A stretch of 63,750 bases of DNA, counting the filler, from Sphacelaria rigidula (lineage: Eukaryota): assembly GCA_964200075.2 (NCBI GenBank). It is 11 parts of 11 records of this genome, joined end to end, with 100 filler letters (N's around TTAATTAATTAA, not from the genome) between each part and the next. Parts side by side here need not be neighbours in the genome. Positions count along the whole stretch, not along the records: positions 11,612 to 17,316 come from CAXNAA020025109.1; positions 17,417 to 23,121 come from CAXNAA020025110.1; positions 23,222 to 28,926 come from CAXNAA020025111.1; 8 more parts are not named here. One strand, written 5' to 3'. This document shows, in pieces, positions 13,453-26,257 of this stretch (the stretch's first letter is position 1; each line of letters begins with the position of its first letter). The position numbers and the translations under genes were made by a program. The notes under the pieces were generated by a model, which was not told the origin of the DNA, ran no database searches, and saw nothing but the letters and a program-made list of their open reading frames with translations.

Positions 13453-16400
13453 CATGGGACCGGGTAACTTTCTCATCTCCTGCTGCACCTCCGAGCTTCA
13501 GTAGAAGTTTTATCCTTGTTCATTCTTCATGGGGTTCTTCACCTGTAAATCACTCACTCGGGGGGGGGGTGCGCGTTTGGTGGCATGGCTTCTGCTCACC
13601 TCGAGTTGCAACCCGTCGTCGGTATGTCCTGGACACCGCTCACTCTAAACTGCTAATTTTACGCAATTGCCCCCTGTTGAATTCCAACCACTCGTCGTTC
13701 GGGTATCTCGCGCGCTCGTATGGATCAGAAATCATATAGCTCACCTGTCTCAACTCTATTGCCGACGTTCCCGAGACGTGTCCTATGATGCTTGCACTCC
13801 GTCTTTTGTTTCCCTGTTTGTCTTCTAGGACTACCCTAACCTGATCTGGTTCGTGTCAATATTTGTTTCACAAAATTCTCCAGACATAACGCGGTGTCAG
13901 TGCCGCTTATTTGTCGTCCACGCGTGTTTAGGGTAGCCGGGAGAGTACGGTTAAAGAGTATTTGAAATAAGGCATGTTGGAAGGGACGGATGGATCTGGG
14001 AGTGTACGTTTGGTCCAACACGTTGAGTCTACGTCCCCGTCCCACTTGTCCGTACCCTCTCAACGGTACTTTGACATCCTGGGTGATTTGCGGGACGGTA
14101 ATCCATTGATACCTTAAGTCATCTACATAAATATCTCACTCATGCTGCTGCGGGCTCCCCCCTTTTTGACTGCAAACTAGTCTAGGCATAACGGAGGTTC
14201 GACACAGGATCAAGAATAGGATGCGGGCCACCGGTATCGACTTTTTCGTCGGTCGGGGGTAGGCAGGATGTTTCAGTGCCCAGTCGATGACCTGTGGTAT
14301 GTATCGAATACCGGATGTACACATACAGTGAGTGTGCTCGAAGTCGATCTCCAAATCAGGGCTACAAAGGGCAACTGTATACCATCGTTATAAGTTGAGA
14401 CCGGCTTTTTCCCAGCGTCTACACCCGTATAATCGAGCGTACTCGAGGTAGTCTCTGTTCGTACTGTTCGGGCAGAAACGACCCTGCAAAAATAGCGCGG
14501 TGTGTGTTAATTCAATATGCGCGTATTTAGTGTATATCAGTGTTGTCAGGTCACAAATCAGTTATCGCTGGATGACTAAAGTTGACATGCGGTCATCACC
14601 GGTACCCACAACAGACACTAATCGTCCCTGATGTAGCACTCTGAAAAGCGTTCTTCGAGTCTTCCCCCTTCGTATCGTTGAATAGAGCAGCTCGTGTTCG
14701 GTTAAGCTGGCGACTGTTGTTTCTTTTCTCTCCCCCTTTTCTTTTCTTGCCACTAAATTTCAACAGCTGCACTGGATAAATGGGGGAAAAGTGCTGATAG
14801 TGTTGGGGGTTTTGGATATGAAACTAAACGAATTCGGAGCACAAACCTCAGGTGTCCAACACTCCTGACAAATTACTGCAATAAGCGGCTATATCCGGTT
14901 CAACGCTTGCAGACATGAAACGCTATGGGGCGGATCGTTCTCAAATCTTGTGAACAGTACAGCTAAAGGATTACATACCTCCCAAAACACCAAGCGCATG
15001 AGCTGTAAGATGGCAACTAGAATAGCTCGATGAATAGATCTGGGAGAAATTTACAACAAAAGAGCACCTGAGTTGACCGTAATGTAAGAAGATATTTTGC
15101 CGGATACCAGTATTTCGACGATGGGTCGTCACGATAGAGTCGCGATACGATCTTGATATACCACACTGTTCAAGAAAAGTCGGTTGTCATTCGTGAGTGT
15201 GAAAGCAAAGCCAAAGCAGCATAATAAAATAAATGAAACATATATGCATCCACGCTCGAGATAAGCACTGCAACACCAGAGTGAAGCGTGGCACGCAACA
15301 TGGACTATTGGCGGGAGCGACTGTTACGAAAGCAATTATCATAGCCCTTGGCAAGATGTGATAGGACACGTGGTGTTCAGTCACACCTGAGAGTTAGTTC
15401 TGCTATGTAAACAAAAGACGTACAGCAATCACCCAACCGAGAAAACGACTAGCTTGTATTCAACGTGGACACATACCGTCCTCGATGTACCGTGCTTCCG
15501 CGTCCCGGCGTGGCCTGGTGGGGGATAAACGGTCGCCACTGCATTGTAGCGCCGTTTTTCTCGGTGATGACCCATATACCCAGGACAAGGATGTGGGATG
15601 AAGGCAATAAAGTGTAAGGTCAGCCAGGGTCAGCACAAGTTGGGAGCACTGAGTACATGAAGATAAGAGCATGCCTTGGTCTCGTCACTCCTGTCGCGTA
15701 TCGACTCGTTCCGTGTCGAGCACTGAATCGACACATAACTTATGATATAAATAAGCGTACGAAAAGGACTCCATCACTCAATGCAACAAGTATAGACATC
15801 AGTACGCGAGGAATTGTACGTGTGTAGGATATGCACTGCGACTAAAATCCCAGAATACAAAATATGCGAGACCCACTTAACTCGTGTTTTTCCCAGGACA
15901 AAAACGGTCACCGCAAAAATAATATCCGGTGATGCAGTAGAAGCGAAAACACAACGGTGACAAACACAAACACGACAAATATAGTCACCAAGGTTGAGCA
16001 TTTTTCACAATGACAGAGTTACCCAAAAGCTAAACTGTCACCGCAAGGATGAAACCCTATGGTGTACGGGCAGCGAGAGCGTCGGTAAGGTGAGAAGCCG
16101 GACGCAAGGGTCGTCGCCGGAGAAAGCCCAGGAGCATCGCGGATGAGTGGCAATTCAGCATGTATTGTGGTCATCACATGTGCTTTCCTCCAGAGTTTCA
16201 GTGCTCATGGTCGTAGAGCTGTTGTTGGATTAGATGCAACAGTGGGAAACTGTTTTTCATCTCCCCTTTTTTTTTTAATTTTTCAAATGGTCGAACAATC
16301 TTGGCACTAGGGCTTGAGGATAAAACTGCCAGTACATGTTGCTACGATACCCTCCCGGTTCTGTTCCCCGTCCCGGCTCGTACCTGAACTGAATGATATT

Positions 16401-19112
16401 ACCTGTGTTGCTGGACGGACTCCTGGGTGTCTTGTTGCGTGTGTCGTGTTGTGCTCTAGGTCGCATGTATAATCGTGCTGTGGTGCGGTACCGACAATGG
16501 TATGGTTCGCGGTACTCACAGAAGGGCTCTGGGACGCTACTATAAAAAGAAAATAAATGAAGAGAAAAATATTCTTCCGATAGATGGATGGGTGGGAGCT
16601 GATCGAGTCACCCATTATTGTACCTGTCATTTGACGCCCCACCTTGAGGCAGGGTTTACCTGGTAGGGGGTAGACCTGTGGAGAGTTGGCTTGTGCATAG
16701 ATTTCTTCAACTGCGTGGTGCAAAATAAATAAATCGAATGTATGGAAGTTACTCGCAGGCGAGCAGACCTGGATATATCGATTTTTCAATGCGGAAAATG
16801 AACCAATCCTTCTTCTTCTCTTCTTTTTTTTTTTTGCGGCGGTGTAGTATATTAATCGCGTTGCTTCCACGGCATATTTTCACATGTGAGTAGACATTGT
16901 GTGTTGCTTGGCATTTCCTGGGTGATAGGGGGATAATCATGCATAATGTAGCGTATATTGTGAGTAAAGTACACGTTGGTTATGTATATGAAAAAATGTT
17001 TTATCGCCGCTTTCTTGACAAAAAGAAAAGAAGAGAAGAATGAGCTCATATCCCGTATTAAACAAGCGTATACCAGTTTTATTCAACGCTGGTGAGCGAC
17101 CTACATGACGCCGACGGTTCAAATATTCCACAAGAAAAAAAACTGGAGGAGAAAACAAATAAACAAGTAACATTTCCACTCAAGTCGGTGCTTACTCAGC
17201 CGGTGATATTTAGTCTGAGTCTGAGTGGGTCGTTTATCGACGTACAACAAAATGAAGGCAGAAATCAACAGTGAGGCTATAAACAGCCAATCATCTATGT
17301 TGAGGATGGTGCTATTNNNNNNNNNNNNNNNNNNNNNNNNNNNNNNNNNNNNNNNNNNNNTTAATTAATTAANNNNNNNNNNNNNNNNNNNNNNNNNNNN
17401 NNNNNNNNNNNNNNNNGTTCGTGAGCCGGAACCGATCAAGTCCGCTTTGCTAGGAGTGGGTCCGAGCGAATTTGCACGCTTTGAATCGAAAAGGCTAAGC
17501 GAAATTCGTGAAGCGGTACTTCTTTACTTATGTTCGATGGACAGTACAGACAGTACAGACTGTACAACAGTGGCGGCCTGTACTATTGTCTAGATACTGT
17601 GTGTTTTGCACAGCATGCAGACGCGATGTGGAAAAGAAGCGGGCAACGCGACATATAGCAGATTTGACAGACAGCACAGCTTTCCGACTCTCGGCATACA
17701 GGAGGATGCGATTCAGATTTGAATCACGTGCAGTTTTGCACCGCCTCCTCTGTCCATGAGCGCATTGGCAATTCGATCGCCCACCCAAACACGCAATTCA
17801 GTCGGTGGACCCCGCCACAAAATTAGATGCCCAACTTTTTGCCAACAAGAAGAAACACATCATGCCAAAAGTGTGGTGGTGTCGGTTTCCTATCACTGCT
17901 GCAGTATCTATTCCTGTGCTGAGTTTGTGATCTATGCTGCAGGGTTGGGTAGGTAGCTGCGAATGAACCATTTGGGTTTTGCGTAATTCTATGAAAGGGT
18001 AGTATTTGGCATGGTTGTCTACAACATGGGAGTTACGTGCCGCTTCGTTCATTCCGCCGTTCGTTTCGCTCGAAAAGGCTAAGCTTTTTCTGTTTTTGAC
18101 CCTGCCCGTCGCGCGCAACTAATTATATGATGGACTTGAAGCCATCTAGGAACGCAAATACCGTGGACGCATCAGATTCGGCCTCGTAACGACCAATTCG
18201 ATTCGACCGCATGTTTTCGAGTCGAAATAAAATTGAGAAGATACGGCCTCAGAATAAAAACGTCAGGACCACCATCAGGGCTCCGCGTATGGCCAACTAC
18301 GTGCATATTTAGGCACTGACATCTTGGGTCAACGTGGAATCCTGCGCTCGTCTAAGGTGAACGGTGATGGAAAATCATTGCACTACCTGATCAACCTTAC
18401 ATTACTATTATGTTTTTTGCGCAATACACCCACACATGAAGCGACATGGTCCAAAGAAAACTCTAGCCCTAAGGAAACAGAGACGCTCTCCTTGCGTTCT
18501 GGTGTATCCTGTGTTCATCGTGTATGCATGTAAAGTTGCACACGTAGGACAGCTCATGAGCTCATCTGCGGGCGGTAGCTCACTTGTGTTCAAACATGTA
18601 CATTTGAGCTACGTCCGATAGCTCAATACAAGGTTAACGTGCGCTGATGAGCTACGGGTGGGTAGCTCACCCAGGACAAACATGTGTAGCTCATGCAGCT
18701 CTCATAGCTCACCAAAGACGAATCTGAGCTGATGAGCTACGGGTTGATAGCTCACCTATCGCAAACGTGCATAGCTCATACAGATGCCATTGCTCACTCA
18801 GGGCGAATATGAGCTGATGAGCTACGGGTCGGAAGCTAACCCAGGGCGAACATGTGCAGCTCATGTAGCTTTCACGGCTTACACAGCGAAAGCATGCGCG
18901 GGTGAGCTACCGATTGGTAGCTTACCGAAGGAAAACATGCGTGGCTCACCTAGCTGTTGTAGCACACTCCGGAAAAACATGCGTAGCTTACGCAGCTCTT
19001 ACAGCTCACCCAGGGAAAACATACGCGGATGAGCTACGCTCGATCCACAGCATTATTTCCGACTGCAGCGCTGCTAGAGCTACTGCCCCCCGCGGTCGCC
19101 ATGCAGGGCGAA

Positions 19113-19114
<2 letters not shown>

Positions 19115-19153
<39 letters not shown>

Positions 19154-19185
19154 GTTGTGTGTGCGCCTGTGGTTGTGTGTGTATG
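19115..19185. repeat. (TG)n microsatellite
   Basis: Direct inspection. Confidence 0.9.
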
Positions 19186-19505
19186 TGGTGGCTATGATGC
19201 GGATGACTTCTGATGCAGCCATATTGATTGTTGATGTCTACAAAAAGCAAATCCATCGCTACACGAAACGGGACGGGTGTGTGCACATCTAACCGTTGTC
19301 ACGTACGTACAATATCAACGTGCATGAGCATCGGAACACGGACAACTAGAAGATCGGCGTAGCTTCCATAGCTCTTTCGCTTAACCAGTGCAATCATTCG
19401 TAGCTCCCGTAGCTCTCATAGCTCATCCAGGGCAATTATTCGCAGCTCACCTAGCTCCCATAGCTCATCCAGGGCAAACATGTGTAGCTCATGCATCATC
19501 TCACA

Positions 19506-21024
19506 AAGGATGGTTCAGGCGTGTCACCCAAAAAACACTCATCGGCAAAACCTCGCGCCGTTTGAAGGAATTAGACCCTGAAAAATTGCACACATGTTCT
19601 ATGGGGCATTACGCAACTTTCGAAGGTCGAGGTTTTCCGGCCTTTTTACTTTTACCACCCTTTTTCCGGGCTCCCATTTTTTCCGGGAAACATCGATCCA
19701 ATCGGACCCCCGTAAAACGATAAAGAAGGGAAAACCCAAGAAACCTAGTTCACTCAAAGTTGCGTAATGACCCATAGCACAGCTGTGCGAAATTTCAGGG
19801 TCTAACTCCTTCAAACGGCGTGAGGTTTTTCGCCTTTGTGCGATGAACTTTGACGTGCCGCGGTGAAACCGCAAACTACTTGATTTTAGTACGAAAATGG
19901 CGTTTTGGGGCCTTCTTTGACGTGAACATAAAAATTCAAGCATCAGTTGATCGATTTTTGCGACAAAACTTTGTGGGACCCTTCCTTGGGTAATGCGGGG
20001 ACAGCTCGCTCACGAAAAATTGAAAAAAAAAAATCGTCGTGCCGGTTTTCTCGGGTCCCACAATGGAGACTACTTCGAAAAACGACTTGGACCCCCGTCG
20101 GACCCCCGAAAACGGGGAAAAACTCAAGAAGTAAAAAACATGATGCATTGAAAGTTGCGTAATGATACATAGCATATTTTTGCAAAGTTTTTCGATCCAA
20201 CTCCCAATAATGGCGTGAAAGTTTGCGTGTTTGTGGAGGACGTGGGCTTAAAACGTGCATCTTTCAACTACTTGGTTCTAGTATGGAAACGTCTTTGAGG
20301 TGAACTTCACGTCAAGGCAAAAAAAAACTGCATGAGGTTTTCGAGCTTCTGCACCAAACCTTTTACATGTGTTCCTTGGACTATTCCGGGACGCATCATT
20401 CTATTATTTTTCTTTTAGGACATTTTGTTCCGCCTTCTGGGGGTATTCGTACTGGGACCCTCGGAAGCCGGTAGAGAACGGAGGAACCATGAAATATCGT
20501 TAACACAATATTTCCATTTGAAGCATCAGTACCCACGAAACTGCGAAGTTTGAGGGCGATCTGAGCCTTGCTACAACAGTTAGAGGGGACACCGTCACGA
20601 GGCTCCCTGGGTCTTTCGTGCGTATCATTAGTGGAAATTGGACGACGCCAACACCCGACATCAACGAAACATCACGGTTTCGGGTAAAATTCGACCCCCG
20701 TAGTAACCGTTTTCAAATATGTGTTTGTCGTTAGGTTCCCGAGCCGATGACGGTTACTACGATTTGAAGCATGGGGGGATCGGGTGGAAATTGGGCTTGG
20801 AATTCGTGATTTCGATCTCGGACTCATTTCACGGGCGCTGATTGGTCGATATACCTTTTCGCCCTTAGTGCTACCACTATGGCCTTACACTAAAATCCGG
20901 CTATGTTACGCTCTTCAGCTGTCCGTTGCGGTCAGTATGATATCATGTATGCGACTATTGGGTGGGCATTGCGAAAGACATTTGCTGATGACACAATTTT
21001 GGGTGATAAGCGTGAACCAGCCTG
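19506..21024. mobile_element. Complete ~1.5-kb non-autonomous TIR element (TA-flanked) nested in the 18539-21329 element
   Basis: Right TIR TTTTGGGTGATAAGCGTGAACCAGCCTG|TA. Degenerate left TIR AAGGATGGTTCAGGCGTGTCACCCAAAA. The host AGCTC array resumes on both sides. Homologous to 4551-5706. Confidence 0.8.
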
Positions 21025-21424
21025 TAGCTCATCCGGGGCAAAGATGCGTAGCTCATGCAGCTCTCATAGCTCACCCAGGGCAAATATGAGCTGATGAGCT
21101 ACGGGTTGGTAGCTCACCTATACAGCTCCCATAGCTCACCCAGGACGAATATGAGCTGATGAGCTACGAGTTGGTAGCTTACGTACGGTAAACATGCGTA
21201 GCTCATACACCTCTAATAGCTCACCCTAGGAAAAACATGCGTAGCTCATATAGCTCTCAGAGCTCACTAGGGAGCTACGCTCAGAAAGAGCTAGCTCGAG
21301 CTATAGGGAGTTGATCTGTCCTACGTGTGTAAAGTTGATATTTCAATTTTTCAGAATCAACTTTCCGTTTTTCAGAATCAAAGCGTCAGACCCTATCAGG
21401 GCTCCGCGCATTGCCTATTACGCG

Positions 21425-22694
21425 TAGGCTTTTACTTATTATGCTAGCATAATTTCTGGCATAATTCCGCCTTGGTAGCATAAGTAGAATAGCGTCTCAG
21501 CAAGTAGCGTAAATAGCATAGCGTTTCGGCAATTAGCATAATCGAGCATAATTTCCATGTAAGGAGCACAATCGAGCATAATTTTTCAAGATAGACGTGG
21601 GAATACTGGTCTAAATGCTGGCCTGCTGTGATATTTTGGGCGAAAATTTTGCTATCATCGACCGCGGGTCTGGAATACGTGTGTGCTCTGGAATTAGACA
21701 TTGAAATTGCCAGTGTGATCGATCGCAGGTCTGAAGAACGTTGCAGTACCGTTGTGAAGAAGCGAAGTAAAGGCTACCAGCGTATTGCTTTTCATGTATT
21801 CGGGGAGCTTTGATGAAGGGCATCTCGGAACCGTTTGAATGTGGGATAAGTAGGAAGCCCACGTCTATATGTTTTTATCTTGGCTTCCCATTTATTTTTT
21901 TGTGTCTTTTGGTTCTTTACTTTCTTTGGCTACTTCATTCTTCTCGTCTACTCCAGTACTTTCACCAACTTCTACCCCTTTGTGTGTTTCCTTTTTTGTA
22001 CCTTATTTCCTGGGTTTTACACATCTTGCGACCTCGGCTGGATTAGAAGCGGATCGGTCCATGCGAGACAATGGATCTAACAATCATTCATGAATAAATG
22101 TCAGTTTTTCGTTTGTTGGTGTCCTTGGACACGAGTTCCTCGACATTGGACAGGCGACGAGTGAACACATCATGTGATTCCGTGACTTGTCATTTTGAGT
22201 GTGATTACGAGATGCATTTGCATCGATCTTCGCAGGATGCGTAAAACGTACACTACTAATTGTGCCAGATCGTGATGGATGTTCGAATCAGCAGGTTGCC
22301 TGCCATATGTCTTGTCTGCAGGGCAGTGGGGGGGCGGCATACAGCACAAGATGCAGTACACGTAGTAGTGCGCAATGATATACAATGATGCACCGCGTAC
22401 GACAAAAGGAAAATACGGCATTCAAGCGTCCTAATGCAAGCAGGTATAATGGTGTTTTCTATGTATATAACATGCATATAGTAATCGGTGGGTCTGTATT
22501 CGGTCGAAAATGGCATCCTTGCCGGATATTACGAGCATAATCGAGCATAAATTTCACGTTGCGAGGATTAATCGAGCATATTTTTTGGGAAATGCGAGAA
22601 TAAGTCGAGCATAAATTCCGCGTTACGAGCATAATTTTTGGTGAGATTACTAGCATAAAAAAGTGACCATACTAGCATAATAGGTAAAGGCCTA
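21425..22694. mobile_element. Non-autonomous hAT-type element (1270 bp)
   Basis: TIRs TAGGCTTTTACTTATTATGCTAG / CTAGCATAATAGGTAAAGGCCTA. Perfect 8-bp TSD ATTACGCG (21417-21424, 22695-22702). Repeated subterminal (G)AGCATAAT motifs. The empty site is seen at ~18290-18310. Confidence 0.92.
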
Positions 22695-23469
22695 ATTACG
22701 CGCATACTTTCAGGCACTGACAGCTTGGGTCGAAGGTCGAATCTCGCCCTCGTCGAAGGTGAACGGGTGATGGAAAACATTGCACTACGAAAATGAAAAA
22801 TGACTCAGGGTAACATGGAGCTGAAGGGGTTTGTGAAGTGTACTGTTTCAAGACTAGGTCTAATCTTATCTGTGCCGTGCGTCACTGGAGAACATATAGG
22901 TAGAGCGAACACCGTTTGAGCTGCTGCATCGGCTTGTAGAGACACGAACTTCAACGGCTCCTGATTGGCCTTCGCTCGGATGGCAGCCCGACTAATGAAA
23001 GCCAGGCGCTCACGGTCCGGAGTCACCAACTGTCACGGTCAAGGGGAGGTCCGCATCGTGAGGTTGATGAATATCTCGAGCGTTGTTTTTACCATTGGGG
23101 CAAACCACGTGCCTCCAGCCGNNNNNNNNNNNNNNNNNNNNNNNNNNNNNNNNNNNNNNNNNNNNTTAATTAATTAANNNNNNNNNNNNNNNNNNNNNNN
23201 NNNNNNNNNNNNNNNNNNNNNTCACCCCCACCGTGGAAAAACTAATTTTTTTGTGTGGTTTTTTTCGTGTGTTTTTTTCCCTGGTGGAAATTTTCTCCCA
23301 TCGCCCCCCCCCCCCCCCCCTCCCCCAAAGTGCATGGTTGTGGGAGGTAAAATCGCCACGCAAACCGAAATGGGAAAAGCCGAGCACAATGAGCAGCTGG
23401 GAATTCTCACGCTTGGGTTCGTTCTAGACAATGTCGCCACTATGAAGCACTGCATGCAGCCTAAACACA

Positions 23470-23550
23470 AACATCAGGGGCTGTAGGGCCATTTGTTTCT
23501 CGACACTTTTGAGCTGGTTTCGGGGGGGGAGCTATCGTAGAAAGTGTCGG
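23470..23550. repeat. Dispersed repeat shared with the scaffold start at 29027-29105
   Basis: ACATCAGG...GGCCATTT...GACACTTTT.AGCTGGTTT.GGGG...GCTATCG.AGAAAGTGTC at both sites. Confidence 0.75.
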
Positions 23551-23719
23551 TGTTACGACTGCATGCACGTACATACCTGAAAAACACGAAAACAAATGAT
23601 GGCACAGGTAAGAAATACCTGGTCAAGATGGTCAGACTTCAAATCTAAGGTAAATCTGTGTCATTTGCACAGGTGGGTGTGGGTATCAACCATCACTCAT
23701 CATTTGTTCCCCAGCGTTC

Positions 23720-23770
23720 TCCTTGTTCTTGCTCTTCTTGCTCTTCTTGTTCTTGTTCTTGTTCTTCTTT
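23720..23770. repeat. (CTT/GTT/GCT) simple repeat
   Basis: CTTGTTCTTGCTCTTCTTGCTCTTCTTGTTCTTGTTCTT. Confidence 0.8.
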
Positions 23771-24691
23771 CCGCACACTAGCATTATCTCTCGAACCCGT
23801 GGTCACAGGCGTAGTCACAGGCGTAGGCTCGCGTTTCCAGAACCGTCAATAATATTCCTCACATGAGATCGAAGCGCTCATTGAGCGGCTTTTTTTGAGA
23901 CTCCAAAAACGAAGCAAGATAACACAAAAATAAAACAAGAAGAGAGAGAGAGAGAGACGTCGAGAAACAAAATAGAAAAAGTCTACCCCCCCCCCTAGTT
24001 TGTCGGGGTGTGGTAAAACAAACGAATCAGATCTGCCAAAACAGCAAAAAAAAACTAGAGCTCTGACTGGATACCAAGCGAGAATAGCAGTGTTGACCGT
24101 ACCTATCCGGTATGCATGATGACGAACCCACCGTTTCACCGACCGTCTCATGACTCGTGTAATAACAATGGTTACCGCAGACCGCTCCGTCCCGCCTCAG
24201 CGGAGCAAAGCGACACGAACTTCCGCAGCACCCTCACCACAAGCGACCACGAAGCCGTCATGGGCTCACACTCGCGCTCGGGTGACGGCTCCTGCTGATC
24301 CGGGCAAGAAGAAGTTGCGGACAGCACGAACGGCGTCGAAGAGGTGGAAGACGGCGCAATGGTGACCAGGGAGAACCTCGAGAACGTTATGGGAAGGGCT
24401 ACCTCGAAGACATGTCGCCGCTCTCTTAGCTCTCCCTGTAGGATGATCGGGAGAAGGGGGAAGGGGGGAGGGGGGGGGGGCGGGTGCGGGTGAAGGACAG
24501 TCGATTTTGGGTTTTACATTTGTTTCTGCCTCCCTTCCCGCACCCCCTACCCTTTTTTCTTTGTTGTTGTTGTTCCTTCCTTTTCTCGTGTTTTTCAGCT
24601 TGCCCTGTTTGCTCTTTTGATACCCCTACCCCTTGTAGAGAATCGCTTAGCGATTGTGCCCGTCTTGTTTACCTTGGGTGTACATATACTT

Positions 24692-24760
24692 TTGTGACCA
24701 CGGTTGGATTCTGCCGGGATCAGTTAATGTGGGACAGCCACTCAAATGGTCAACCTACTT
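24692..24760 (+). repeat. Probable 3' tail of a non-LTR element (also at 25569-25650 and 49386-49440)
   Basis: Shared (TG)ACCACGG(C/T)TG(G)AT...CAG.TAATGTG(A/G) motif, followed by degenerate AATC/AGTC tails in two copies. Confidence 0.55.
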
Positions 24761-25294
24761 TTGGAGTGGTTCAGGGTAGCATTGGCGTTGGCTCTGTTCT
24801 TGTCGCCATTTCAGCAAGCGCCAGCTACCATCGTGCACACGGCGTGCTACGGTGCGGTCACGTGATGATGATGGACAGCGAAAATTCGCTGGGGCTTTCA
24901 TCCCATGGTCCCCCGGCAACTCTCTCCCCCTCTCTCTCTTTTTATTTAAATTATTTTTGTTTCGTTTTGTTTGTACAGTGTGTGTATTCTCTCTTCCCCT
25001 TTCTCTCTCTCCCTCGCTTCCTAGAGGCATCCTGCGAAAGTGTGTGTGTGTCGGGGTATTTGATCGCACGCAACGGAGGAGTTCGTGGGCGTGGCGCAAG
25101 GCCTTACAAACTCGTTGTGAGCTTGTGTGTGACTGACACCGTTCCAGAGCGGTGCGAACGAGCATGTTATCCAGAGATCAAGAGCGTGCATTCAAATGAA
25201 TAACCGCTGCTTGCAGCGACAGTTTGACACGACTCATCCCTGGAAGAGACGACTCAACTCCCCCCTATGGTTGGATTACCCATTTTTCTTTTCC

Positions 25295-25373
25295 TGTGTG
25301 TGCGTATTCGTGTGTGTGCTTCCGTGTCTCTTGTGTGTCTTGTGTGTCTTGTGTGCCTTGTGTGTCTGTGTGG

Positions 25374-25420
<47 letters not shown>

Positions 25421-25432
25421 CGCGTGTGTGTG
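25295..25432. repeat. Compound (TG)n/(CG)n microsatellite
   Basis: Direct inspection. Another TG tract lies at 26203-26256. Confidence 0.9.
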
Positions 25433-25917
25433 TTTTGATACTTTTTTTCTCCGCTGTTTGTTTTTTGTTCAAATGCCCTTTCCATTTCACTCAAGGTCTC
25501 CCTTCACCGAGCGAGTTTTCTTTCTCCAGCGTATTTAAAACTGATTTATTTTGAAGAAATTTATACCCTGTGACCACGGCTACATTCGTGGCGGAACAGG
25601 TGGTGTGAAACAACCAATTGGTCGATCAAGCAATTAATTGAACATCAGTCAGGGACCGTGTCTCCGGAGAAGAATAAGGAAGCGCTTAGGGGAACACGTG
25701 TTGGGCTGAGGAGGCAGTGGCGGTATTTCGTGCCCGAGAACAAGGGGGGCGGAGGAAGAGCGTAGTAGTAGTAGCAGCAGTAGTGGTTATAGTAGCGGTA
25801 TGAGTACAGGTGAGGGGACTTTCCCTTGTCTCAGCAAGTGACACTGAGGAGGACCAGCATAGCAACGATATTATGATGACGGTGCGAACTCCAGTACCCG
25901 AAGAGTGCCTAGGGTGT

Positions 25918-26005
25918 TAGGGGGCGTACTCATTTGTTGCTTGCCTTTGTCATTTGATCATTGACCACGTATCCCTTTCGAGACGGAGCGCTCGCCGGGG
26001 GGGGC
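25918..26005 (+). repeat. Short G-run-associated dispersed element, subfamily 1
   Basis: GGGGGCGTACTCATTTGTTGCTTGCCTT...CATTGACC.CG.ATCCCTTTCGAGACGGAGC. Copies at ~40465-40516 (+), ~48946-49018 (-), ~52083-52142 (-), ~62577-62650 (-) and ~63676-63750 (+). Confidence 0.85.
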
Positions 26006-26225
26006 TACATCATGGTGGTCTTGCTTGAGAATGATATGAAAGACTGCAGAACGCGAAGGGGGCGATAGTCGTGTCTGTATGTGTGTGAAGTGGTGTTCTA
26101 GGGCGAAGGAGAATTCGTGGTTTGTACAAAGAGCGGCAGAAGTATTACAACAAAACGGTGCAACGCGATATGAATAGGCGATCGATGATTGGCTGAGGCG
26201 AGTTGTGTGTTTGTGTGTGTGTGTA

Positions 26226-26257
<32 letters not shown>

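Larger units (their letters stand above)
18539..21329. mobile_element. Non-autonomous TIR element with 8-bp TSD and dense AGCTC arrays (hAT/P-type)
   Basis: TIR CACACGTAGGACAGCTCA / TGATCTGTCCTACGTGTG (17/18 match). TSD TAAAGTTG at 18531-18538 and 21330-21337. Dozens of (T)AGCTC(A) motifs in degenerate tandem units. Confidence 0.9.

Noticed and set aside
18550..19040. CRISPR-like appearance of the AGCTC repeats
   Set aside because: The units are degenerate tandem repeats without unique spacers, lie inside a TIR element, and no cas genes are present.
24484..25554. 239-aa ORF and several Cys/Val-rich or His/Thr-rich ORFs
   Set aside because: They are translations of low-complexity and (TG)n sequence.
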